Origin: a virus
Lineage: Duplodnaviria > Heunggongvirae > Uroviricota > Caudoviricetes
Length of the DNA: 15,283 bases
IMG/VR virus record: IMGVR_UViG_3300017778_003242
Span: 1 to 15,283 of that record
Direction: 5' to 3' (one strand)
The notes under the pieces were generated by a model that was given only the letters and a program-made list of their open reading frames with translations, searched no databases and was not told where the DNA came from. Below are positions 1 through 7,811 of this stretch, in pieces. Position numbers and translations under genes: made by a program. Positions within the stretch are counted from its first letter, which is position 1, and each line of letters opens with the position of its first letter.

Positions 1-389
1 ACGGCGTAACCACCGGCGACGACTGAACCGAGCGTCACGTAGACGCGCCAGCCCGCCGGAAGAGCGATGTTCATCGGAATCTCGTAGCCCACGATCGAAC
101 CGTTTTCGATGTTGGTCGTGGCGGGCAAACCGAGTTCTTCGAACAGCGTGTTGTTGGTAGCCGTGGTCGTTGCACCACCGTTGTTCAGGAACACACGCAA
201 CACCGAGACAGCGTTGGTGCCTTTCGGCCTGACCTTGAGCTTCTGGAGGAACGACCCGTCCGCGCCCGCCGTGAACACGAGATAGCTCGTGCCAGACGTG
301 AGGTCTTTCGTCGTGTTGGCCGCGGTGACGGCGGGATCAAACCCGATGTTCGGGATGTCCGTGAAGATAGGGGCTGTATTGGCGACCAT
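1..389 (-). CDS. Small beta-rich hypothetical protein following the fibre gene; partial, 3' end lies beyond the window start
   Basis: Not in the ORF track. Manual translation from ATG at 389 gives MVANTAPIFTDIPNIGFDPAVTAANTTKDLTSGTSYLVFTAGADGSFLQKLKVRPKGTNAVSVLRVFLNNGGATTTATNNTLFEELGLPATTNIENGSIVGYEIPMNIALPAGWRVYVTLGSVVAGGYA with no stop. An AAGGGA SD-like sequence lies upstream and the start is 12 nt after the fibre stop. Confidence 0.85.
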   Translation of the reverse strand, partial: MVANTAPIFTDIPNIGFDPAVTAANTTKDLTSGTSYLVFTAGADGSFLQKLKVRPKGTNAVSVLRVFLNNGGATTTATNNTLFEELGLPATTNIENGSIVGYEIPMNIALPAGWRVYVTLGSVVAGGYA

Positions 390-401
390 GGTTTGGTTCC
401 C

Positions 402-3400
402 TTAGAAGTACGTTGAGTTGCGAATGCCGATAAGCAGACCGAGAGATACACCCGAAGCGACGGTAACGTCAATCTGTCCGCCGCCCGCGTCTGTTGCTGT
501 GATGTTGTCACCAACGAAGTTCAGGGTCGTCGCGGTAGCAACGGCGACGCCTTCTTCTTCAACGTCCACGCCCGAGCCACCGCCGCCAGAAGCGACAGAG
601 ATACGGCCAGCGTCCATGATGTTCCACGCGGAGCCGTCGAACTCGAACGAGCAGAACTGATCAGCGCCGGTCAGGGCGAAGGTGGTGCTACCCACGATGT
701 TCCAGTCGAATGCACCGCCACCCAGACGCGTGAACTTGACCCGGTCGCCCTCTTGAGCGCCAGTCGTGCCCAACGTGGCCGTACGCGTCGCCGTGAGTGT
801 AGCATTGCCTCGGACGTGGTCGCCATCCGTGTAGCGCGACCACGTGTAAGTATGCGCGGCGTCGGTAGCGATCGTGTCCACGCCAGATGGACGCGGGAGG
901 TTGTACGCGACCAGTATCCAGCCTGCGAGAGAGTATTCGAATTCGACCCAGTCGCCCGGTTTGGACAGGATGGCGTGCGCCGCACCGGCGATCGTCCAGT
1001 CGAAGTTGCCCGCGCTGTAACGGCAGATGCGGACACGAGCGCCGACAACGGCATTCGTCGTTCCGAGCGTGTAAGTGCGCGCGGCGGTGAGCGCCGTCGC
1101 AGAACGGATCGTCGGTCCGTTCGTGAGGTATTGCCACGTCGCGGTGTGGGCCGCGTCGCTCGCGATCGATTCGACGCCGCCCGTCGTAACGCGCACCCAG
1201 TTGGTGCCGTTTGACTGGAGCAAGCCCGCGCCAGAAGAGCCCGAAGTCGGCCCCATATCCGAGCAGTGGATGATGCCGGTCGTCGTGATCGTCGGGAGCG
1301 TCGAGATCGTGTAAGAACGCGGACGGAAGATGCGGTTGGCGTCAATGACCGGGTTTGCGCCGTACATGCTGAGCCCGACGCCGTACTGCCAGCGCATGAA
1401 CTCCGTTATCGCGACAGACCCCGGAGGGTTGAGGCTGATCGTAAACCGGCTTTCCATGTCAGTCGCAGAAGGTGTCGCGGCTATGATAGAAGCGGTTATT
1501 TGTGCAGAGGTTACGAAAGCTGCGCCGTCATACGCCACAAAAAGGTTCGAACCGATTTGGTCGTTCTGGATAACGACAAGGGGTCCGGCAAGCGTGCCTC
1601 GCGCCTTGCGCTGCGTCCAGTTGGGACCACCCGATCCGGTCACATACCGCGTGTAGTTCAGCGAGCCGACGGTGTTGTCAGCGATAAAGTTCCCCATCGC
1701 GCCGCCGGTGACGGTCACGTTCAGTCCGTTGCCGCCTGACTGGAAAATAGCGAGGGCGGGGCCGCTGCCGATCCCGGTAATCTGCTGGTTGTCTGTGAAG
1801 GCGTTCGCCAGCGCGAGCCCGGCCTTCTCGGAATCGAGTTCGTTGATCGCTGCCTGCACAGTGGTCGCGGCGATGTTTCCTGCCGCAGTGTTAGTGACCA
1901 GATCGCCGGTGATGGCTTGGAAAGACAGAGCGCCCGAACCGCGGCCAAGGAATTGACCGTCCGCTGATGCGGCGATGTCCGCACGAGCGCCGCCGGTGCC
2001 AGCCGAACGACCGAGCACGGATACAGCCGCAGCGTCGGCAAGCTTGTCGAGGCCAATGGTGTTGGTCGGGACCATGCCATTGGTGAGTTGAGTGAAGCCA
2101 AGAGCGTCAGCGACACGCGTCAAGAGGCGATCGTTCGCTGCCGCTGCGATGTCCGCGACGTTGCCGGTCGAGTTGGCCGAACGGCCAACGACGGTTAGCG
2201 CCGCGCTCTGGCGGAATTTGGCGTCGGACACAGCGTTGTTGGCGACCGTAAGGGCCGTGCCCCCAGCAGTCTTGGTGACATCGCCGGTGAAGGCGGAAAT
2301 CTGAATGCCACCCGTGGTCGTGAATTCGATACCGCCACCGACAGTGATCTCTTCCGGATCGCCAGTCGTCGCAGTGTCGCGACCGATCAGGCGATCGCTG
2401 GCAATGTTCTGCATCTTCGCGAAGCTGACCGCGTCGTTCGCAATCGTCTGCGCCGTGCCGCCAGCAGATTTGGTGACATCGCCAGTGAAGGCCGAAGTCT
2501 GGATGCCGCCGGTGCCGGTGAATTCGAGGCCACCGCCAACGGTGATCTCTTCGCCTGCGCCAGCCGCAGCGGTATCGCGACCGATCAGACGATCAGTTGC
2601 AGACACAGCAAGCTTGTCAGGACCGATGGTGTTGGTCGGGACCATGCCATTGGTGAGTTGAGTGAAGCCAAGAGCATCCGCAACGCGCGTCAGAAGACGA
2701 TCGTTTGCGCCCGCTGCGATATCAGCGACGTTGCCTGTTGAGTTGGCCGAACGGCCAACGACGGTGAGCGCCCCGCTCTGGCGGAATTTGGCGTCGGACA
2801 CGGCGTTAGCAGCGACTGTAAGGGCAGTGCCCCCAGCAGTCTTGGTGACATCGCCCGTGAAGGCCGAAGTCTGAATACCGCCCGTGGTCGTGAACTCGAT
2901 ACCGCCACCGACAGTGATCTCTTCCGGGTCGCCGGTCGATGCCGTGTCACGACCGATCAGTCGGTCCGTTGCGATGTTCTGCATCTTCGCAAACGACACC
3001 GCGTCGTTGGCGATCGTGGTCGCAGTGCCACCAGCGGCTTTCGTGACATCGCCCGTATGGGCCGAAGTCTGGATGCCGCCGGTGCCGGTGAATTCGAGGC
3101 CACCTCCAACGGTGAGTTCTTCCGTGTCTCCGGACAAAGCAGTGTCACGGCCAAGGATACGATCCGTGGCGATGTTCTGCATCTTCGCGAACGTGATAGC
3201 ATCATTCGCGACTGTGAGGGCCGTACCGCCCGCGGCCTTGGTGACATCGCCGGTGAAGGCCGAAGTCTGGATGCCGCCGGTGCCGGTGAATTCAAGGCCA
3301 CCGCCGACAGTGATTTCTTCCGCGTCGCCGGTCGATGCCGTATCACGGCCAAGCGGACGGTCCGTAGCGATGTTCTGCATCTTCGCGAACGTGACCGCGT

Positions 3401-4712
3401 CGTCGGCCAACATCCCCGTGACAACGCCGCCAGTCTCGATGGAGAAGGTATCGACAGTCAGATCGAGGCCAGCACCGGCAAGGTACGTGCCGCCGCCACC
3501 GCCGCCGCCGCCCGCGCTGAACTTCTGGACCATATTCCATTGCGTGCCATCGAACTCGTAAACGACCCAATCCAGAGCCGCGGCCAGAGCCGTCGTCGTA
3601 GCGCCAGCGATGTTCCAGTTGAACGCACCAGTCGCAGCAGCGGAGCGCACGAAAGCGGCGCGATCGCCGTTGGCGCATCCAGCCGTGGAGAGTGTGACGG
3701 TGCGGTCAGCCGTCAGTGCAACGTTCGCGCGAACGACGGGAGCGTTCGTCAGGCGGGACCACGTGAAGGTCAAGTTGACTTCAGTCGTTTCGTTTGCTGT
3801 ACCGCTTTCCTTTACGCGGTTCCAAGCCGTTCCGTTCGACTGGAGCACACCGGCCCCGCCGCCAAGGTCGGAAGCATGGATGAGGCCCGTCGTCGTGATA
3901 GTCGGAACCGTCGAAATTGTGTAGGAGCGCGGACGGATGATACGGTTCGCGTCAATAACGACGTTCGTACCGAACATCTGAATACCATTCGTGTGGTCGA
4001 TACGGAGAAGTTCAGTGTTTGAAATTCCTCCCGCCACGTTAGCGGACAGCACCCACTGACCACCCATTGCCGAAGAGCTGGGCGAAGTTTCCGCAACGCG
4101 CAAGTTCAGCGTTCCAATGGTTACATAGGACGAACCGTCATAGCCTTGACCGGCCATGCTAAGTGCGACGTTCGCGTTCGCTACGACAGTGGGAGTGGAC
4201 GCGTCCCCGAGGGATTTTCGACCTTGGAATATAGGCCCCGTTCCAGCGGAAGAGTTGCGGGTCGTCTGGAAAACCGCTGCCGCTGAATCGCCAATGACGT
4301 TCAACGTCGTACCAACGCCAGAACCACGCGAGAAGACATTCGCACCGGAGAAAGTCTGTGAGAGTTCGAGCCCCGCGATCAGGAGTTCCGCGCGCGTAGC
4401 ATCTTCCCACGCGCCAGCACTAGCCGTCTTGCGACCAACGAGATTGTATTGAGCCGTCGCGTTCGTGAGCTTGCCAAGGCCAAGGGTGTTGGCCGGGACC
4501 ATGCCGTCGGTGAGCTGTGTGAAAGACAGAGCGTCGGCGACGCGCGCGAACAGGCGATCGTTCGCTGACGCTGCGATGTCATTGACATCCGCGGTTACGG
4601 CGGTCTGGTTACCCTTAACAGTGAACGCCGGAACCTGAACCAGATCATTGTTGGTGATCGAGTTGGGTAGGACGCCAGTGGATACGGGATCGGGATAGAA
4701 CTTCGTGCCCAT
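402..4712 (-). CDS. Long repetitive virion fibre protein (tail- or head-fibre/adhesin-like), 1436 aa
   Basis: Gly/Ala/Thr-rich, with tandem 66-aa shaft repeats, GxGLxF beta-spiral-like motifs, a coiled-coil-like GNIAATTVQAAINELDSEK segment, poly-Gly linkers and repeated beta-rich domains ending in FEFDGxxW. AGGA SD upstream. Confidence 0.85.
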   Translation of the reverse strand: MGTKFYPDPVSTGVLPNSITNNDLVQVPAFTVKGNQTAVTADVNDIAASANDRLFARVADALSFTQLTDGMVPANTLGLGKLTNATAQYNLVGRKTASAGAWEDATRAELLIAGLELSQTFSGANVFSRGSGVGTTLNVIGDSAAAVFQTTRNSSAGTGPIFQGRKSLGDASTPTVVANANVALSMAGQGYDGSSYVTIGTLNLRVAETSPSSSAMGGQWVLSANVAGGISNTELLRIDHTNGIQMFGTNVVIDANRIIRPRSYTISTVPTITTTGLIHASDLGGGAGVLQSNGTAWNRVKESGTANETTEVNLTFTWSRLTNAPVVRANVALTADRTVTLSTAGCANGDRAAFVRSAAATGAFNWNIAGATTTALAAALDWVVYEFDGTQWNMVQKFSAGGGGGGGGTYLAGAGLDLTVDTFSIETGGVVTGMLADDAVTFAKMQNIATDRPLGRDTASTGDAEEITVGGGLEFTGTGGIQTSAFTGDVTKAAGGTALTVANDAITFAKMQNIATDRILGRDTALSGDTEELTVGGGLEFTGTGGIQTSAHTGDVTKAAGGTATTIANDAVSFAKMQNIATDRLIGRDTASTGDPEEITVGGGIEFTTTGGIQTSAFTGDVTKTAGGTALTVAANAVSDAKFRQSGALTVVGRSANSTGNVADIAAGANDRLLTRVADALGFTQLTNGMVPTNTIGPDKLAVSATDRLIGRDTAAAGAGEEITVGGGLEFTGTGGIQTSAFTGDVTKSAGGTAQTIANDAVSFAKMQNIASDRLIGRDTATTGDPEEITVGGGIEFTTTGGIQISAFTGDVTKTAGGTALTVANNAVSDAKFRQSAALTVVGRSANSTGNVADIAAAANDRLLTRVADALGFTQLTNGMVPTNTIGLDKLADAAAVSVLGRSAGTGGARADIAASADGQFLGRGSGALSFQAITGDLVTNTAAGNIAATTVQAAINELDSEKAGLALANAFTDNQQITGIGSGPALAIFQSGGNGLNVTVTGGAMGNFIADNTVGSLNYTRYVTGSGGPNWTQRKARGTLAGPLVVIQNDQIGSNLFVAYDGAAFVTSAQITASIIAATPSATDMESRFTISLNPPGSVAITEFMRWQYGVGLSMYGANPVIDANRIFRPRSYTISTLPTITTTGIIHCSDMGPTSGSSGAGLLQSNGTNWVRVTTGGVESIASDAAHTATWQYLTNGPTIRSATALTAARTYTLGTTNAVVGARVRICRYSAGNFDWTIAGAAHAILSKPGDWVEFEYSLAGWILVAYNLPRPSGVDTIATDAAHTYTWSRYTDGDHVRGNATLTATRTATLGTTGAQEGDRVKFTRLGGGAFDWNIVGSTTFALTGADQFCSFEFDGSAWNIMDAGRISVASGGGGSGVDVEEEGVAVATATTLNFVGDNITATDAGGGQIDVTVASGVSLGLLIGIRNSTYF
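2035..3404 (-). repeat. In-frame tandem repeat array in the fibre shaft: five 198-bp (66-aa) A units and two B units, including a 570-bp higher-order duplication
   Basis: The anchor tgttctgcatcttcgc occurs at 3371, 3173, 2975 (198-bp spacing) and 2405 (570 bp from 2975). A 50-bp exact match lies at 2056-2105 and 2626-2675. Confidence 0.95.
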
Positions 4713-4715
4713 GTC

Positions 4716-5045
4716 TTACGGTGTCCTGAAATAGAGGTTCCACGTGGTCGTCTCGCCGGGGAGGCTGAGCAGTTGCGTGTAGATCATCGTGCCCGCAACG
4801 GGCAGGATGAGACGCACAGGGACAACCGAGTTTACGCTGCGGTTGCCACGGACAATGGCGATTTCCACGTCCTCGTCAGTGATGATCTCGATGAGCCGGT
4901 CGTGGCCCGAATCCGTATTGATAGGGAAGGCCGCGCTCCAAGTCGGGCTTGCGGCGGGCGTGACGTTCTCATCGATCGCCGGAGCGCCTTTGATGGCTTC
5001 GCCGACGAATTGCCCGTTTTGGGATACACGAATTTGAACTGCCAT
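4716..5045 (-). CDS. Hypothetical 109-aa beta-rich protein, first gene of the fibre cassette (possible fibre base/adaptor)
   Basis: AGAGGT SD 8 nt upstream of the ATG. The stop is 3 nt before the fibre ATG. Confidence 0.8.
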   Translation of the reverse strand: MAVQIRVSQNGQFVGEAIKGAPAIDENVTPAASPTWSAAFPINTDSGHDRLIEIITDEDVEIAIVRGNRSVNSVVPVRLILPVAGTMIYTQLLSLPGETTTWNLYFRTP

Positions 5046-5070
5046 GGGGGTGCGACCTCTACACCTACAT

Positions 5071-5100
5071 CAGTAGCCATAATTAACCAAAGAAGTCAAG
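5071..5100 (-). promoter_or_regulatory. Putative sigma70-type promoter for the fibre cassette
   Basis: Minus strand reads CTTGACT-TCTTTGGTTAATTATG-GCTACTG: TTGACT at 5099-5094, an AT-rich spacer, and a GCTAC/CTACTG -10-like element resembling alphaproteobacterial housekeeping promoters. It sits in the 56-bp gap after the primase stop. Confidence 0.5.
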
Positions 5101-5101
5101 T

Positions 5102-7678
5102 TCAGACAAGACCATCCAGATCGTCGGTGATATCGTCCACTCCGTATCGGTCATCCGCTTCGAAATCCTGCATCACGTCCCCAGTGAGACTGCCGAACAG
5201 GTTTTCGATGTGAGCCCGGCACACCGGGAGCGGCGGCAGAACGATACATTCGGCCATTCCCTTCTCACTGGCGTCCACTTCCAAGAAGTCCAGACCCTCC
5301 GGAAGTTTCATCCGGCGCTTGCTCTCCGTCGTCTCCGGGAACATGAACTGGATGGCGGTCAGGAAGCGCGACTTGAAGTCGAACAGCAATTCACCCTTGA
5401 GACGTTCACCCATGAATAGTTTCATTGAGTTACGCAATGCAGTGACGGGCACTGCAATAGGACGTGTTTCCCAATTCGAGATGACGCCCTTGGTGGCCCG
5501 GTAGGTCGGCGAGGGGTCGAACATCATCGGCATCGATTCGTTGACGATGCGTTCGATCCACCATTCGGCGCGGTCGCCGTACTCGATACGGACTTGGCGG
5601 CGCAGCGCCGACGATGTGACGCGATCGCGCTCTGGTTCGAAGTCGCCGATCTCGTGGTGCATCAGGTCAAAGAACATCGCCTGAATGCCATCGGTGTGAG
5701 GGCGAGCCCGCGTGCCGTACAGGTCTTCATGCGCCTTCTCATAGATCGAGTTGGGCTTGCGGATGTTCATCTTCGCGTCGGTCACAACGTACCGGCGCTC
5801 GCCTTGCGTGGCGGCAACGACGTGCTGATCGTTGGACGCGATCATGAACTTAAGGTGGTTCTTGATCGTGGCCTGCGGCATGTACTTCTCTTCGACGCGG
5901 ATCGTCGGCGAGTTGATACGCTGCTTCACCTTGCCATCGATAGACTTGTCACCGGCGAAGAGAGCTTCGTCGAGGAACAACGCCAGCGTCGATGACATCT
6001 GGTTGTTGAAGCGTCCGAACACGTCGTCCTTCTCATCCGTCGTCAGGCCGTGCTTGCCGAACATATCGCGCCATGCGTTGGCGAACATCGACTTACCAAG
6101 ACCCTTGTCGCCTTGCATCACGAACGCAACGCGTTGCGCACCGGCGGGATGCTGGACGGAGTACGCCATCCACTTCATGACGTAGTCATACATCTCTTTG
6201 TCGCGGTCGCAGATGTTCTCGAAAAAGATTTCCTTCAGCCGGTCCCAGCTTCCATTGCCACGGAAGTCCGGATCGAACGGCCAGCCTCGCCACATATTGT
6301 AGTAAAGGCCTGTGGGAGTGGAGAATTCGGGATCACTGCCCGGTGCGAAATCGACGCCCATGTATTCGCGGCGCTGGGGATGGCGACGCCAGAAGTCGAA
6401 GTGCGTCATCTCCATCTTCTTCTCGCCGCCCGCTTGCGCGACAGAGGTGATCAGCGAACGGTTCGCGTCCATCTCGATCATGGCGCTACGCTTACGGAAC
6501 ACCGGGATAACGGTGCCGGACAGAGAGTGATATGTGTTGCCCATATAGAAGGGCTCGGTCGTCATGAGCACGAGCGCGTGCTCATCGTTCATCGCCTTGA
6601 CGATCTTCGTCTCAAGGCTTTCAGGCATGATCTCGCCTTCCAGCTCTTGGGCCGTGATGTCATCGAGATCGGTCGCGAACATCACGCTCGCGCTTTCCGT
6701 CGGCCATTTGGTACGCGGGATATTGAGCTGGCCAAGCACTTTGAATACGAGGCCTGTCTTCAGGCTGTCCACCTTCGGCGTGAGACTGTCCCAGCGCTTG
6801 CGGATGATCTCGTCTTGATCCGAATAGTTCGGATCGCGGATAGACCAGTCAGTGAATTCTTCACGCCCCGTGCCGCCTGTCATCCAGTGGCACGCCATCA
6901 TGAACTGTTCCCATGATGGGTCTGACCCCGACCGGAATGTCTCCGGCGGAATCAGAGCGAGCGTGTCTGCAAGCTGGAAAGACGAAAACCGACCAAAGCT
7001 CTCTTCACCGGCTTGCTTGACATAATCTGGGGGATCGATGTGCTTGAAAAGCTCCATGAGCTTTGCAGGCGCTTCGATCGTGTTGATAAGCGCGAACGAT
7101 TGGTCGCCCGGCTTGTAATAGTTGCCCGGCTCAATGCCTTCCTTCGCATCGCCGGGATGGATAGACCCCATGGCGACGACGTAGCGGCGAGCCCCGTGCT
7201 TGAATTCAACGCCGGGATATTCCTTGATCTGTTCTCGACCACGGAAGTCCTTCGGTATCCTTAGATAGATGTGAAGACCACGTCCACCCGTTTCGACGAA
7301 TGCGTATTGGCCGTGCTGAATGCCAAGGTCTGCAAGAAGCCTATCAATGCTTCGCTGACCGACGACGTTGCGCATACGGAGAACATCGTTGTGGACGTTC
7401 TCTTCCTTCAGTTTCATCATGACTGGATCGCGACGTGGATCGTAATCGAGAACGCCCCATCCGTCGCCTAGACGGAAGCCGACGTTTTTGCCGCCCTCCA
7501 TCCAATTAACCATATCATTGAATTCGAACTCTTCATTCGTCCAATCCTTAACGGACGGCGTCTTGCCCAACGGCTTGCCCTGCTTCGACAGCGAGCGCCA
7601 GTGGCAGAGCGGAATGAGTCGGTTGCCAAGCGGGGCGTATTGTTTAAGCCACTTCGCATTAGGAACGGGTTCGGTCAT
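5102..7678 (-). CDS. Phage primase: N-terminal bifunctional Prim-Pol domain, PriCT-2 domain and C-terminal SF3/DUF5906 (NrS-1-like) helicase, 858 aa
   Basis: Prim-Pol motifs GKTP, NVGFRLG..GVLDYDPR and VETGGRGLHIY. PriCT-2-like segment LADTLALIP...WEQFMMACH...F.DWS...Y...RKRWDS. Walker A GDKGLGKS, Walker B LFLDEA and motif C FMIASN. Confidence 0.93.
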   Translation of the reverse strand: MTEPVPNAKWLKQYAPLGNRLIPLCHWRSLSKQGKPLGKTPSVKDWTNEEFEFNDMVNWMEGGKNVGFRLGDGWGVLDYDPRRDPVMMKLKEENVHNDVLRMRNVVGQRSIDRLLADLGIQHGQYAFVETGGRGLHIYLRIPKDFRGREQIKEYPGVEFKHGARRYVVAMGSIHPGDAKEGIEPGNYYKPGDQSFALINTIEAPAKLMELFKHIDPPDYVKQAGEESFGRFSSFQLADTLALIPPETFRSGSDPSWEQFMMACHWMTGGTGREEFTDWSIRDPNYSDQDEIIRKRWDSLTPKVDSLKTGLVFKVLGQLNIPRTKWPTESASVMFATDLDDITAQELEGEIMPESLETKIVKAMNDEHALVLMTTEPFYMGNTYHSLSGTVIPVFRKRSAMIEMDANRSLITSVAQAGGEKKMEMTHFDFWRRHPQRREYMGVDFAPGSDPEFSTPTGLYYNMWRGWPFDPDFRGNGSWDRLKEIFFENICDRDKEMYDYVMKWMAYSVQHPAGAQRVAFVMQGDKGLGKSMFANAWRDMFGKHGLTTDEKDDVFGRFNNQMSSTLALFLDEALFAGDKSIDGKVKQRINSPTIRVEEKYMPQATIKNHLKFMIASNDQHVVAATQGERRYVVTDAKMNIRKPNSIYEKAHEDLYGTRARPHTDGIQAMFFDLMHHEIGDFEPERDRVTSSALRRQVRIEYGDRAEWWIERIVNESMPMMFDPSPTYRATKGVISNWETRPIAVPVTALRNSMKLFMGERLKGELLFDFKSRFLTAIQFMFPETTESKRRMKLPEGLDFLEVDASEKGMAECIVLPPLPVCRAHIENLFGSLTGDVMQDFEADDRYGVDDITDDLDGLV

Positions 7679-7704
7679 GTGTTCTCACGCTTTGGTCGAT
7701 CGCC

Positions 7705-7733
7705 TTCTTACGTCCGGGTACGGATCAAGTCAA
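7705..7733 (-). promoter_or_regulatory. Putative sigma70 promoter for the primase arm
   Basis: TTGACT (7733-7728), 17-nt spacer, TAAGAA (7710-7705), about 27 nt upstream of the primase ATG. Confidence 0.65.
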
Positions 7734-7747
7734 CTACAAAAAAGTTG

Positions 7748-7776
7748 TTGACCCCATGGCACGTCTCTGGCATTAG
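7748..7776 (+). promoter_or_regulatory. Putative sigma70 promoter for the rightward replication operon
   Basis: TTGACC (7748-7753), 17-nt spacer, CATTAG (7771-7776) preceded by TG-G, with an A-tract upstream of the -35. Confidence 0.55.
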
Positions 7777-7811
7777 ACGTTCGAGCGCATCAGAAAAGGA
7801 TCAACGCCCTC

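Noticed and set aside
185-514. ORF-track 109-aa minus-strand ORF MVTTSQQQ...
   Set aside because: It is out of frame with the real genes, overlapping the fibre 3' end and the MVANTAPIF gene, which has the SD and a protein-like sequence.
2035-3404. Fibre repeats as a diversity-generating retroelement template/variable pair
   Set aside because: No reverse transcriptase is in the window, differences are mainly synonymous rather than adenine-specific, and the repeats are in-frame shaft units, not at the C-terminal tip.
3489-3512. (GGC)n tract as a phase-variation switch
   Set aside because: A trinucleotide repeat interrupted by GGT can only change linker length in frame. It is best explained as a Gly8 hinge.
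5083-5099. Full CtrA box TTAA-N7-TTAA
   Set aside because: The spacing between TTGA and TTAA on the minus strand is 9 nt, so only a half-site is supportable.
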